Of a DNA stretch of 64,000 bases, positions 39,601-49,236 are shown in pieces. The position numbers were made by a program, and so were the translations under genes. This DNA comes from Ostreococcus lucimarinus (Eukaryota), in assembly GCA_000092065.1 (NCBI GenBank), contig CP000592.1; one strand, written 5' to 3'. How positions within the stretch are numbered: position 1 is the stretch's first letter; each line of letters opens with the position of its first letter. A model generated the notes under the pieces. It was not told where the DNA came from, searched no databases, and saw nothing but the letters and a program-made list of their open reading frames with translations.

Positions 39601-40437
39601 ATGCGGCGCGCGGCGCGGGAGGCGGCGAGGGTCGGGACGCGCGGCGCGAGGGCGAAACATCAATTGGTGACGGTGGAGCTGGTGAGCGACACGATGTGAC
39701 CGAACGGATACATCGGGAAGCGACAGCTGCAGCGCGCGATGCGCGCGGTGCAGCGAGAACCTCTCGATGCGAACAATCCGTTGCGGTTCACGGTGCTGCG
39801 GGTGCCGTTTTTTCTCGAACCGGAGTATCCGCGAGACGAGGCGTGGAGCGAGACGAATCGAACGAGGTTGGAGCGGAAGTGGGGAGGAAAGCGGGAGTTT
39901 GACGCGCAAAAGAGGAGGCATCGATTGAAGGAGCGGGGCGAGGACGTGGGAATTAAGCACTTTAATCTCGATCGGTTGGCGAGCAGTACGATGGCGTCGC
40001 ATAGGCTCGTGCAGTGGGTAACGAAGAATCACGGCTGCACGGCGAGCGAGACGTTGTACAACGACTTGAACAAGAGACACTTTGAGGATGGGCAAAAGCT
40101 CAACGACAAGAGAATGCTCGCGGAGGCCGCGGCGAGAGTTGGAGTCGACGCGAATGAGGCGATGGAGTTTTTGCAGTCGGGCGAAGGCGAGATGGAAATC
40201 GAAGGCGCGCTGCTAATTTTGCGAAAGATGGGCATCAACTCCATTCCGAATTTCATCGTCGGAGCGCAACACATCTTGTCCGGAGCGGTTCACTCGTCGG
40301 AGTTGATCAAGTTGTTCAGACAAATCGAACGAACGGGCAAAGGTGCGCCCGATAGCGCGTTCGCGGCGGTGTTGGGCATCGGTGACGACGTCATCGCGCG
40401 CCCGCTCGACGCGTCGTATAACGAAGCCTCGGCGTGA
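39601..40437 (+). CDS. DsbA/FrnE-like thioredoxin-fold oxidoreductase with an in-frame TGA (codon 39697-39699) at the first-Cys position of the CxxC motif. Candidate selenoprotein, model sequence ...VELVSDTM-U-PNGYIGKRQL....
   Basis: The ORF-track CDS (39739..40437) carries the DsbA-like body (NTMASHRLVQW, GINSIPNFIVGAQHILSGA) but lacks the N-terminal active site. In the same frame, immediately upstream, LVTVELVSDTM[TGA]PNGYIGKRQLQRAM aligns residue for residue with FrnE/DsbA-like [23 protein letters not shown]. The TGA replaces the first Cys. There is an in-frame ATG at 39601. Confidence 0.5.
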
Positions 40438-40611
40438 GCGCGAAGCGTCTAGCAGAAGCGAGTCGAGATGAAACGTGACGAAGTCGAGTCGAAAGCGCAA
40501 ATGAATTCGCGCTGGCTCGAGTCTGATTATACTCTCGCTCGCTTCGAGTAGACGCGTTATTTTTGAGTACGATGATAGCACATTTTTTAACAACAGTCAA
40601 AACGTTTTTTA

Positions 40612-42972
40612 TTATTCGGCCGGCTTGACTTCGACGGCGTCTTCTTGAACGAAACTGAACTCCATCTCACAATCCATCGCCCAATGGAACTTATCTATCA
40701 ACGCCTTGGTAAATACCACGTTTGGCGGCACTTCGTGACGTTTGCACCAAGAGAGCGTGATTCTGGGATCGAGGTAGTTGATTTTCGACGTGCCGAGCGA
40801 CACCGTTTTCAATTCTTCCTTCATGTTCATTTGAATCGCCAACTTGCTTTGCCTTTCTTTCAGCGCCGCGAGCTTCTTCTTTTGATTCTTATCGTCCGTC
40901 TTCTTTTTCATCTCGGCCACCTGCTTCGCGAGATCCTTCTTCTTTTCCGCGAGTTTTTCCATTTGCGCGTCGTGCGCTTTGCTCACACCCTTCTGGTGAT
41001 TACACAAAATCGCCACCTCCTTGTTCGCCGCGTCGTAAGTTGCTTTCTTTTGAAGCGTCGTATCATTCTTTTTCGTGTCTTTCAGCAAACGATCCAAAGT
41101 AATAGAGGCGTTGTACGTACGGAACACCTTGATCGTGAGACCGGGCATGAGAGTTTGAAGATGCGCGTTTACTTTTTGCGGGTCGACGTGGTCGAAGATG
41201 TCCACATCCGGACCCTTGCCCTGAACGAACCGTTGCAAGCACTTGTATGCAACCTCATCGATCTTGTGTTGTTGAAGATATTGGATGGAGTCCTTACCCA
41301 AGAAATCAAACTCGATGACGTTATCATCCATAAACTTGATGTGACCGGCGCGCAAGGTACACACGCCGACGGTGTCGGCGAGATCTTCATCCTTCTCGCC
41401 ACCAGCACGAAGGGCGAGTTTATCCACCAAGTAAGTCGCCACCGCTAACTGAGCCATTTCCTTGGATTCACTCATCATGTTTCTCTTGTAATCCTTCCGG
41501 ATCTTTTCGATATACTTATGCAACGAGCGAGCCTTTTCGTACTTCTTTTGATCGCTCTCTGCCTTGACCGTAGATGTGGCGCCGAATTGGACGTATTTCC
41601 AGTCCTTCACGTTGATGACATCGTTCCATCCCGCCAACCACGTGGCGGTGTCGTTATGAATCACCGCTTTCCACGAGTGTCCAGCCGGAGGTTCGGGAAC
41701 CTTAGCATCTTTTCCTATATTGATGGTGATGTCTTCCGGCACGACGCGACGCTTGATTTTCCCCATCTTCGGGTGCTCGCCGCGCCCGCGGAACAAGCCA
41801 GGCGGTTCGACGCGGAAGTTACCAACCTTTTCGCGGCGACCGTCGATAGTGGCCCACGTGTAAGGTTCCTCATCGATATCTTTTTGCGCCTTGATGCGTT
41901 TCTTCTCTTCGCTCGTCATCTCCTTCTTCTTCTCTCTGATCGCCAAGAAGTGCATGTACATCTTCGTAAAGTCACACTTGGAGAAGTCCGTGATGAACGC
42001 GTGCGGGCCGTTCTTCAAAGCCGCCTTGAAACCATCCATGAAGTTTTTCACGAAGACCGGTTTGGTCGCGTAGTCAGAGTCTTTCATCACGGCAAAGAAA
42101 CCGGCGATTTCTTCCTCGTGCGGCAAGAGTTTCACCTCTTGTCCGTCGTACACCAACGGCACGCCGTGCGGTTCGTACTCGGGCGGGAAAAGTACGCCTT
42201 TGTGTTCGAGCGTCTTCCACATGATCACCGCGCCCTTCTTCGCCCCAGTCTCGCTTCGGTTCGTCTTCGGGCGCTTCGGCGCCTCGCTTCGCGCGCGCTC
42301 CTTCTCCTCGCGCATTCGCTTCTGTTTCTTCAGCATTCGACGTCGCTCATCGTCGCTCAACCTGTCGGCCCGCGCGGCTTTTTCCAAGCGTTTCTTCAAC
42401 TTTTCTTCCCGATACTTGCGCTCTCTCTCCCGCGCCCGCGCCTCCTCCTCTCGTCGTCGGCGTTCGTCCAAACCCTGATCCGGTCGGCCCGCCGCGATCG
42501 GCGCCTCGTCGCTCGAGCTGTCCAACCTCGAGCTCTGCTTCGCCGGCATCGCCACCGGTCGCTTCGACATCTTAAACCCTCCACCAATCGGCGGTTTCGG
42601 CGTCACGATCGGCGGTCTCGCCACCGTCGCGCCCTCCGTCTTCGCGAAAAAGTTCGTCGCCGGCGCCCGAGACGGCGCCGTCGGTCTCCCCGGCGCGCCG
42701 ACGCTCGCCCCCGTCGCCCCGTTCGCCCCGTTCGCCGCGCCGACCGCCCGCTGCGCCAGCGGCACGTCATCATCGTCCGAGCTCGACGCCCCGTTCGTCG
42801 CGATCGCTCGTCCCGCGCTCGTCCCGCGCGCGTCGCCGCTCGCGTCTCCGATGGTCGCATTCCCATCCGAATTCTCCCGCGCTCGCGCCGCATCCGCGCT
42901 CGCCGCGGGCGCTCTCGCCGCGAGCGGCGTCTCGTCGTCGTCGCTCGACGAATCCAGGACGTTGGGCGCCAT
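40612..42972 (-). CDS. TOP1: DNA topoisomerase I (eukaryotic type IB).
   Basis: Long colinear match to TOP1 core and catalytic domains (MWKTLEHKGVLFPP, NFRVEPPGLFRGRGEHPKMGK, HSWKAVIHND, ATYLVDKLALRAG, ILCNHQ, active-site LGTSKINYLDPRITLSWCK). Lys-rich N-terminal region. Confidence 0.92.
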   Translation of the reverse strand: MAPNVLDSSSDDDETPLAARAPAASADAARARENSDGNATIGDASGDARGTSAGRAIATNGASSSDDDDVPLAQRAVGAANGANGATGASVGAPGRPTAPSRAPATNFFAKTEGATVARPPIVTPKPPIGGGFKMSKRPVAMPAKQSSRLDSSSDEAPIAAGRPDQGLDERRRREEEARARERERKYREEKLKKRLEKAARADRLSDDERRRMLKKQKRMREEKERARSEAPKRPKTNRSETGAKKGAVIMWKTLEHKGVLFPPEYEPHGVPLVYDGQEVKLLPHEEEIAGFFAVMKDSDYATKPVFVKNFMDGFKAALKNGPHAFITDFSKCDFTKMYMHFLAIREKKKEMTSEEKKRIKAQKDIDEEPYTWATIDGRREKVGNFRVEPPGLFRGRGEHPKMGKIKRRVVPEDITINIGKDAKVPEPPAGHSWKAVIHNDTATWLAGWNDVINVKDWKYVQFGATSTVKAESDQKKYEKARSLHKYIEKIRKDYKRNMMSESKEMAQLAVATYLVDKLALRAGGEKDEDLADTVGVCTLRAGHIKFMDDNVIEFDFLGKDSIQYLQQHKIDEVAYKCLQRFVQGKGPDVDIFDHVDPQKVNAHLQTLMPGLTIKVFRTYNASITLDRLLKDTKKNDTTLQKKATYDAANKEVAILCNHQKGVSKAHDAQMEKLAEKKKDLAKQVAEMKKKTDDKNQKKKLAALKERQSKLAIQMNMKEELKTVSLGTSKINYLDPRITLSWCKRHEVPPNVVFTKALIDKFHWAMDCEMEFSFVQEDAVEVKPAE

Positions 42973-43240
42973 CGCGGCCGCCGGGCGTCGCGCGTCGCGA
43001 CGCGAAGTGTCGAATTCAAACCGCCGCGCGCGATCGAGGCCGCCGGGTTCGAACCCGGGCTCGCGTTCGCGACGAACCTCGTACCGAGGTTTACCGTCGA
43101 CGATCGAACCTCATCGCGAGGTTCGCGCGCGCGCGCGGCGTCGACGCGCGACCGACGCGCGCGACGCGACACGCGCGCGCGGCGCGGCGACGGCGTCGAC
43201 GACGCGCGCGCGCGGCGGCGACGACCGACGACGCGCGCGG

Positions 43241-44182
43241 ATGTCCGGGCGATCGCGGAAGCGCGCGCGCGCGCGCGACGCGCGCGATTTCGCGGCGTTG
43301 GCGAGGAAGGATGCGCGATTGGGCGCGCGCGTCGAGTGGCGCGTCGACGCGCGCGGCGAGGAGACGGCGGTGGTGGATTTTAAGGACTGGGACAGCACGC
43401 GCGCGCTGACGGGGGCGATCCTGCGCGAGGAGTACGGGGTGGAGGCGTGGACGGTGCCGCGCGGGCGGTTGGTGCCGACGGCGACGAATCGAGAGCGGTA
43501 TTTGGAGTGGTTGGCGCGGTTGCGCGCGCTGTCGGCGCCGAGCGGTGACGACGCGAGCGTGTGGGTGCTAGATATCGGGACGGGGGCGAGCGCGATATAC
43601 GCGCTGCTCGGCGCGGCGGGACGCGGGTGGCGCTTCGTCGGCACCGACGTGTGCGACGAAGCGTTGACGAGCGCGAGGGAGAACGTGCGACGGAATCCGC
43701 ACTTGGAGTCGCTGATCGAGATACGGGACGCGCGGGGTGAAGATGGGGCGCGCGATCGCGTGCTTCGAGGCGTGGTGAGGGATGGGGAGACGTTTACGTT
43801 TTGTATGTGTAATCCGCCGTTTTTCGAAACGATGGACGAGGCGGGCAGGAATCCGAACACCGCGTGCGGGGGCACGGCGACGGAGATGGTGTTTCCAGGA
43901 GGCGAAGAGGCGTTCGTAAAGAAAATTTTCGCGGATTCGTTGACAATGAAGGATTCGATTCATTGGTTCACGACGATGTGCGGGAAAAAGAGCACGATGA
44001 CGACGACGCGCTCGTTCCTTCACACGCATCGCGTGCCCGCCATTCGCACGACGGAACTTTCGCACGGGAAAACGTCGAGATGGTGCATCGCGTGGTCGTT
44101 TTCAAAAGACGCCGCGAGCAAGGCGCTAGTGCCTTTGCCCGAAGATCCCGACGGAAAAAAGGCCGCCGTGAGCGGACGGTAG
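43241..44182 (+). CDS. METTL16: METTL16-type RNA N6-adenosine methyltransferase (RlmF/METT10D family).
   Basis: LDIGTGASAIYALLGAAGRGWRFVGTDV, ETFTFCMCNPPFF (NPPF motif), MVFPGGEEAFVKKI and RWCIAWSF are colinear with human METTL16. I place the start at ATG 43241 (MSGRSRKRAR...), consistent with the METTL16 N-terminus. The longer track ORF overlaps the TOP1 5' end. Confidence 0.8.
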   Translation: MSGRSRKRARARDARDFAALARKDARLGARVEWRVDARGEETAVVDFKDWDSTRALTGAILREEYGVEAWTVPRGRLVPTATNRERYLEWLARLRALSAPSGDDASVWVLDIGTGASAIYALLGAAGRGWRFVGTDVCDEALTSARENVRRNPHLESLIEIRDARGEDGARDRVLRGVVRDGETFTFCMCNPPFFETMDEAGRNPNTACGGTATEMVFPGGEEAFVKKIFADSLTMKDSIHWFTTMCGKKSTMTTTRSFLHTHRVPAIRTTELSHGKTSRWCIAWSFSKDAASKALVPLPEDPDGKKAAVSGR

Positions 44183-44217
44183 AGACAAACTTAGATTACG
44201 GTACTAGTACAGTAGCA

Positions 44218-45174
44218 CTAAAATTTACAGCTAGGATTAAATTCGACGGGAATGTGCGCGTCATCGACGGCCCAGAACGGAAACCCTAAATCATCCGAGC
44301 TCGCGTGCTGAACGCGCACCACCTTGCCCATCGATCGCCGTTTCTTCACGCGCGCCTGCTTGCCCCACAACGCGTCCTTCGCGTATCTCGCCCACGGCCG
44401 GGACGACCCCTCAGCGTGCACGGACTGATCCCACGTCTCGCTACCCTCATCCACGGGTGGTGGCGGTAAAAACGCGCTCCCGACCTCGACGCTCGCGACG
44501 TCTCCGACCTCTTCGCGAATGCGCTTCGCGTCCGTGCCGAAGACGAATTCATAGTCAAACAAATGATTCTTCAAATACTTTTTAAGCTCTCCGTGACCCA
44601 TCTTGTGATCGCCGTATCGATCGTTGGACACGATTCGAGCCTCGCGCGCGCGACCGTAATCTATGATGGTCAAGTCATCCGCGCTCCGCTCGCCCGCTCG
44701 CTCCACCAACCGCACCCGTCCGCGCCGCACCTCGGCGAACAACCTCTCGTTTCGCCACGTCCCGCGCCCCAGATATCGCACGTGTCTCGGCACGACCACC
44801 CCTAAGCTCCCACCGTCCGCCAGACCGTGCAGCGGTCCCTCGACGTACGTCGACGGCACGAACGCCACGACGTCGGCGTCGATCCTCGCCCACGCCTCGT
44901 GCTCGAGCGCCGCGACGACGCCTCGCGACAGCGGCTGCTTATTCCTCGACCCGAACGCCGCGTGCAGCGCCGCGCTGTAGCACCACGCGATGTTCGCGCC
45001 GTCCAGCGCGATCGCCGGTCGCGCGCGTCGCACCGCGCCGTCGCCCCTCGTCGCGCGGGACGGCGCGCCTCGTCGCCGCCGCCGCCCGTCGCGGTCGCGC
45101 GCGCGCCCGCCGCCCGCCGCGCCTCTCGCCGCGCGTTCGCCCGCCGCGCGCGCGTCCGCCGCGCGCGCCGCCAT
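44218..45174 (-). CDS. Zc3h12a/Regnase-like NYN-domain ribonuclease.
   Basis: IALDGANIAWCYS...DADVVAFVP...RIVSNDRYGDH matches the ZC3H12A-type NYN/PIN RNase (Asp-rich catalytic pattern, IVSND.YRD). The track start at 45408 is GTG. The first ATG is at 45174, preceded by an Arg/Gly-rich low-complexity stretch, so the start is uncertain. Confidence 0.55.
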   Translation of the reverse strand: MAARAADARAAGERAARGAAGGGRARDRDGRRRRRGAPSRATRGDGAVRRARPAIALDGANIAWCYSAALHAAFGSRNKQPLSRGVVAALEHEAWARIDADVVAFVPSTYVEGPLHGLADGGSLGVVVPRHVRYLGRGTWRNERLFAEVRRGRVRLVERAGERSADDLTIIDYGRAREARIVSNDRYGDHKMGHGELKKYLKNHLFDYEFVFGTDAKRIREEVGDVASVEVGSAFLPPPPVDEGSETWDQSVHAEGSSRPWARYAKDALWGKQARVKKRRSMGKVVRVQHASSDDLGFPFWAVDDAHIPVEFNPSCKF

Positions 45175-45649
45175 CCGCGCGTCGCGCCGCCGTCGCGCGT
45201 CGCGACGCCTCGCGCGCCGCCGTGCGTCGCGCGTCGCGGCGCCGCGACGGCGCGTCGCGCGGCGTCCGCGCGATCGGTCCGCGCCAACGGTTTGCGCGAA
45301 TGGCGCTTTTGCGCGCTTCAATACTATCCGAGAGTCCGAAAGCTTTATTATGACTCTCCGACGAGTCCTGACTCGACTTTGCGTGCGAAAACTAAACTCA
45401 AACGACACGCTTCACACGGACCCTCCACGGGCGACGCGATTTCAAATCTCGCGCCGCGCGCGCGCGTCGCGACACCGTCGCGCGCGCTCGGAGCGCGGCA
45501 CCGTTCGTCGCGCGGCCGCGTCGCGACGCGCGTCGCGAGTTCGCGCGGCGAAGCGCGCGGCGCGCGTGGACGCGCGCGTGGAAACGCGCGCGAGAGACGC
45601 GGCGCGCCGAGAGCGACCGGCGAGGCGACGGGCGAGGCGATCGCGCGCG

Positions 45650-48600
45650 ATGGGCGCGCCGACGATGGACGACGCGGCGTGCGCGGCGCGGATGCGGTGC
45701 CTGTACGAGACGTGGCGCGCGGAGCGAGACGGGGCGTTCGGCGGGGCGAGCGCGCTGGTGGTCGGGACGGGGGCGAACAAGGAGGACGACTTGCGGTACC
45801 TGAAGGCGGTGGCGCTGGAGGTGTGGTTGTTTTCGTACGAGCTGCCGGACACGCTGTTGATGTTCACGGAGCGCGGGATGCACGTGGTGGCGGGAGGGAA
45901 AAAGGCGGCGCTGATGGAGAACGCGCGGGAGGTGCTGAAGGAGGAGTGCGGGTTGGATCTCGCGGTGCACGTCAAGCCGAAGGGCGAGGACGGCGCGGCG
46001 CAGGCGGCGGCCGTCGTCGAGGCGATTAAGAGCGAGAATCTGGTGGTTGGGATGGTGATGAAGGAGAAGAACGAGGGTGCGATGATGCAATACGTGACGA
46101 AGGCGCTCGGGGAGGCTGGGATGGAAATTAAGGATGTCACGAGCGGCGTGTCGCTCGCCATGGCGGCCAAGGATGAAAAGGAGCTCGGTTTCGTGAATAA
46201 GGCGGTGACGCTAACGAGCAAGGCTTTGGGGTTCGCGGTGAAGGAGATGGAGGCCACGATCGAGGACGAAAAGAAGTTGACGCACGCCAAGTTGTCGGAG
46301 ATGACGGAGGATGCGATTATCGATCCGTCGAGACTCGGTTTGAAATTCCCGCCAGAGGACGTGGATATTTGCTATCCTCCGATTTTCCAATCTGGTGGCG
46401 AGTACGACTTAAAATACAGCGCAGAGAGCGCGAACACGAAGCTTCACTACGCTTCCCCGCCCGCGGTGGTGCACATGTCCGTCGGCGCTCGATACACGCA
46501 GTATTGCGCGAACGTCGGTCGCACGTACATGGTTGATCCGACGCCCGCGCAGGAGGCGACGTACGCCGCTATTCTCGCCGCGCAAGAGGCGGGTATCGCC
46601 GCTCTCGTCGATGATGCGACGTGTGCGTCCGTGTACGAAGCTGTCAAGTCCTCTCTGACGAGTGCGGAAGGCGTCGACGGCGCGACGTTAGCTTCAAAGT
46701 TGAACAAAAATGTCGGCACCGCCATGGGTCTCGAATTCCGCGACATGACTTTTGTGTTGAATGGCAAGTGCGAAACCAAAATCAAGGCTGGTATGTTGTT
46801 TAATCTCGCCGTCGGTGTGCAAGGCTTGAAGGAGCCGAGCGCCAAGGAAGGTAGTAAGAATGAAACGTACGCCGTGATGATCGCCGACTCTGTCTTGGTG
46901 GGCGCCGCGGGCGAGACGCCGTCAGTGTTGACCACGAACCCAAAGGGCGTCAAGGAGATCTCTTACATCATGAACGACGATGATGACGACGACGACGACG
47001 AAGAAGCCGAGGTCCAAATCAAACAAGGGGGCGTCATCATGGATGCGAAGACTCGCGCCGAGCAATCCGGTCCGAGCTCGGCGGAGGATCGCGAGCGTCG
47101 TCAGCGCGCGTTGGCGGACAAAAAGAATGCCGAAACGTACAAACGATTGACGCAAGCGGGCGAAGAAGAGATTCAAAACGCCACTATGGGCTCATCCGCA
47201 GAATTTGTCGCGTACAAGTCCATGCGTGAAGTCCCGACGCCGAAGAACAAAGAGCTCGTTCTCGCCGTCGACCAAGAGCGCGAAACCGTCCTCGTGCCGA
47301 TTTACGGTCAGCTCGTGCCTTTTCACGTCATGTCGGTCAAGTCTGCCTCAGTGAGCCAAGATGCCGGTGCTGCGTTTATTCGTATCAACTTTCAGCATCC
47401 CACCGGTTCAGGGGCGGTGGCGGTACAAAAGTACGCGGCGGCGGCGCGATTTCCGAACTCCATCTTTTTGAAGGAGGTGAGCTTTCGCAGCACGGACGCG
47501 CGTCACGCCAACCACGTGGTGCAAGAGATCCAAGCCTTGCGACGTAACATCGTGCAACGTGAAACTGAGCGCGCGCAACGCGCCGATTTGGTTCGCCAAG
47601 AGCGTCTCGTTCTCTCCTCTGGCCGCGTGCATCGCTTGACGGGTTTGTGGATGCTCCCGACGTTCGGCGGTCGCGGCGGTCGCAAGGCGGGCACGTTGGA
47701 GGCGCACACGAATGGTATGCGATATCTCGGCGCCAAAATGGACGAGCAGGTGGACATTATGTACGATAACATCCGATTCGCGTTCTTCCAACCGGCCAAG
47801 CAGGAGATTAAGACTTTGATTCATTTCCACTTGAAGAATCCAATCATGATCGGCAAAAAGAAGACGCAAGACGTGCAATTCTACCAAGAAGTCATGGAGG
47901 CTGTGCAAAACTTAGACGGCGGGCGTCGTAACATGTACGACCCGGATGAAATCGAAGACGAACAACGCGAGCGCGAGCGTCAAAAGAAAATCCAAAAGGA
48001 GTTTAGCCACTTTGCCAAGCGCGTGCAAGAAATTTGGGAAAAGGATTTCCCGCAGTTGAATTTGGAGTTTGACTCGCCGTATCACGAGCTCGCATTCCAA
48101 GGGGTGGCGTACAAGTCCACGGTGCGCATTCTGCCCACGACGTCGTGCTTGGTCGAACTCACGGAGTTCCCGCCGCTCGTGCTCGCTTCTAGCGATATCG
48201 AAGTCGTCAACTTGGAGCGCGTCGGTTTCCATTTGAAGAACTTTGACATGGCGATCATCTTCCGCGATTTCAACCGCGAAGTCCATCGCATCGATCAAAT
48301 CCCGAGCCAATACTTGGAGAACATCAAGCAGTGGTTGACGACGCTCGATATCAAGTACTACGAAGGTAAAGCCAACTTGAACTGGAAGCCGTTACTTCGA
48401 CAAATCAAAGAAGACCCCGACGGCTGGCTTGAAGCCGGCGGTTGGGAATTCTTAAACAACGAAGCCTCCGACGGCGAAGACGAAGAAGACGAGGAAATGA
48501 GCGAGTTCGAACCGAGCGAAGACGAAGACGAAGACGAGTCCGAAGAAGAGTCCGAATCCGAAAGCGTGTACGATTCCGAGGAAGACGACGAAGAGGAAGA

Positions 48601-48715
48601 ATTGGACGAGGACGACGAGGAAGGTTTGTCTTGGGACGAGCTCGAGGAAAAGGCCGCGAAAGAGGATGCCGACGCCAGCGATTCCGACGAACGGCCTCGA
48701 AAGAAGAAGCGATAG
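45650..48715 (+). CDS. SPT16: FACT complex subunit SPT16.
   Basis: The N-terminal aminopeptidase-like fold (RCLYETWR..., VGARYTQYCANVGRTYMVDPTP), middle and dimerisation regions, and an acidic Asp/Glu-rich C-terminal tail match SPT16. Length is 1,021 aa from ATG 45650. The upstream part of the track ORF is Arg-rich read-through. Confidence 0.88.
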   Translation: MGAPTMDDAACAARMRCLYETWRAERDGAFGGASALVVGTGANKEDDLRYLKAVALEVWLFSYELPDTLLMFTERGMHVVAGGKKAALMENAREVLKEECGLDLAVHVKPKGEDGAAQAAAVVEAIKSENLVVGMVMKEKNEGAMMQYVTKALGEAGMEIKDVTSGVSLAMAAKDEKELGFVNKAVTLTSKALGFAVKEMEATIEDEKKLTHAKLSEMTEDAIIDPSRLGLKFPPEDVDICYPPIFQSGGEYDLKYSAESANTKLHYASPPAVVHMSVGARYTQYCANVGRTYMVDPTPAQEATYAAILAAQEAGIAALVDDATCASVYEAVKSSLTSAEGVDGATLASKLNKNVGTAMGLEFRDMTFVLNGKCETKIKAGMLFNLAVGVQGLKEPSAKEGSKNETYAVMIADSVLVGAAGETPSVLTTNPKGVKEISYIMNDDDDDDDDEEAEVQIKQGGVIMDAKTRAEQSGPSSAEDRERRQRALADKKNAETYKRLTQAGEEEIQNATMGSSAEFVAYKSMREVPTPKNKELVLAVDQERETVLVPIYGQLVPFHVMSVKSASVSQDAGAAFIRINFQHPTGSGAVAVQKYAAAARFPNSIFLKEVSFRSTDARHANHVVQEIQALRRNIVQRETERAQRADLVRQERLVLSSGRVHRLTGLWMLPTFGGRGGRKAGTLEAHTNGMRYLGAKMDEQVDIMYDNIRFAFFQPAKQEIKTLIHFHLKNPIMIGKKKTQDVQFYQEVMEAVQNLDGGRRNMYDPDEIEDEQRERERQKKIQKEFSHFAKRVQEIWEKDFPQLNLEFDSPYHELAFQGVAYKSTVRILPTTSCLVELTEFPPLVLASSDIEVVNLERVGFHLKNFDMAIIFRDFNREVHRIDQIPSQYLENIKQWLTTLDIKYYEGKANLNWKPLLRQIKEDPDGWLEAGGWEFLNNEASDGEDEEDEEMSEFEPSEDEDEDESEEESESESVYDSEEDDEEEELDEDDEEGLSWDELEEKAAKEDADASDSDERPRKKKR

Positions 48716-48847
48716 ACATTTACGCGACGATCATCACGTTATATGGATTGAAATTACACGCACCAAATCAACCATTCTTCGCGCGAACGTCCGACTCGCG
48801 CCCTTCGTCCCCGCGCCGTCGAACGCGTCGTCACACCGGGAAGCGCC

Positions 48848-48976
48848 ATGTCTTACCTTCTTCCCCATCTCCGCAACGGGTGGGCCGTCGACCAGGCGAT
48901 CTTGAGCGAAGAGGACCGCGTCGTGGTCATTCGTTTCGGTTCCGACGCCGACGACACGTGCATGCGCATGGACGAG
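48848..48976 (+). CDS. TXNL4A: U5 snRNP protein DIM1/TXNL4A, exon 1. Intron 1 is 48977-49068, GTGCGC..CAG, 92 bp.
   Basis: MSYLLPHLRNGWAVDQAILSEEDRVVVIRFGSDADDTCMRMDE is essentially identical to plant and animal DIM1. Confidence 0.85.
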
Positions 48977-49068
48977 GTGCGCGCGCGACGAAACTCGCGC
49001 GACTCGACCGATTCTCGCGTCGATTCCGACGACTGACGACGACGATTTCGCCCGTTCGCGCGACGCAG

Positions 49069-49134
49069 ACCTTAGCGGGGGTGGCGGATAAGATTAAAAA
49101 CTTTGCCATCATATACTTGGTGGACATCTCGGAG
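49069..49134 (+). CDS. TXNL4A: DIM1/TXNL4A, exon 2. Intron 2 is 49135-49236, GTAAGC..CAG, 102 bp.
   Basis: TLAGVADKIKNFAIIYLVDISE (compare LASVAETIKNFAVIYLVDITE). Phase-0 junctions on both sides. Confidence 0.8.
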
Positions 49135-49140
49135 GTAAGC

Positions 49141-49175
49141 GTCGACGCGCGACGACGACGACGACGACGACGACG
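49141..49175. repeat. (CGA)n trinucleotide repeat, one of about ten such tracts in the window. This one is inside DIM1 intron 2.
   Basis: cgacgcgcgacgacgacgacgacgacgacgacgacgg. Similar tracts are at ~25-60, 13436-13457, 52958-52982, 57458-57482, 62217-62232 and 63343-63360. Inside genes they encode poly-Thr/Asp/Arg. Confidence 0.85.
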
Positions 49176-49236
49176 ACGGCTGGCGCCGCCGCGAAGCGAC
49201 GACTGACGAACGAACGGACGAACGAACGACGCGCAG

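Noticed and set aside
40438-40611. Attempt to identify a SECIS element for the candidate selenoprotein by eye.
   Set aside because: Several ATGA...AA...GA candidates exist (for example around 40468, 40496, 40568), but I could not fold a convincing helix-II / apical-loop structure manually. SECIS presence remains untested, neither confirmed nor excluded.
43038-43068. tRNA-like T-arm (ccGGGTTCGAACCCGG) in the TOP1/METTL16 intergenic region.
   Set aside because: Only the palindromic T-arm-like hairpin is present. I could not build a matching acceptor stem, D-arm or anticodon arm on either strand. It is probably a GC-rich palindrome or promoter element.
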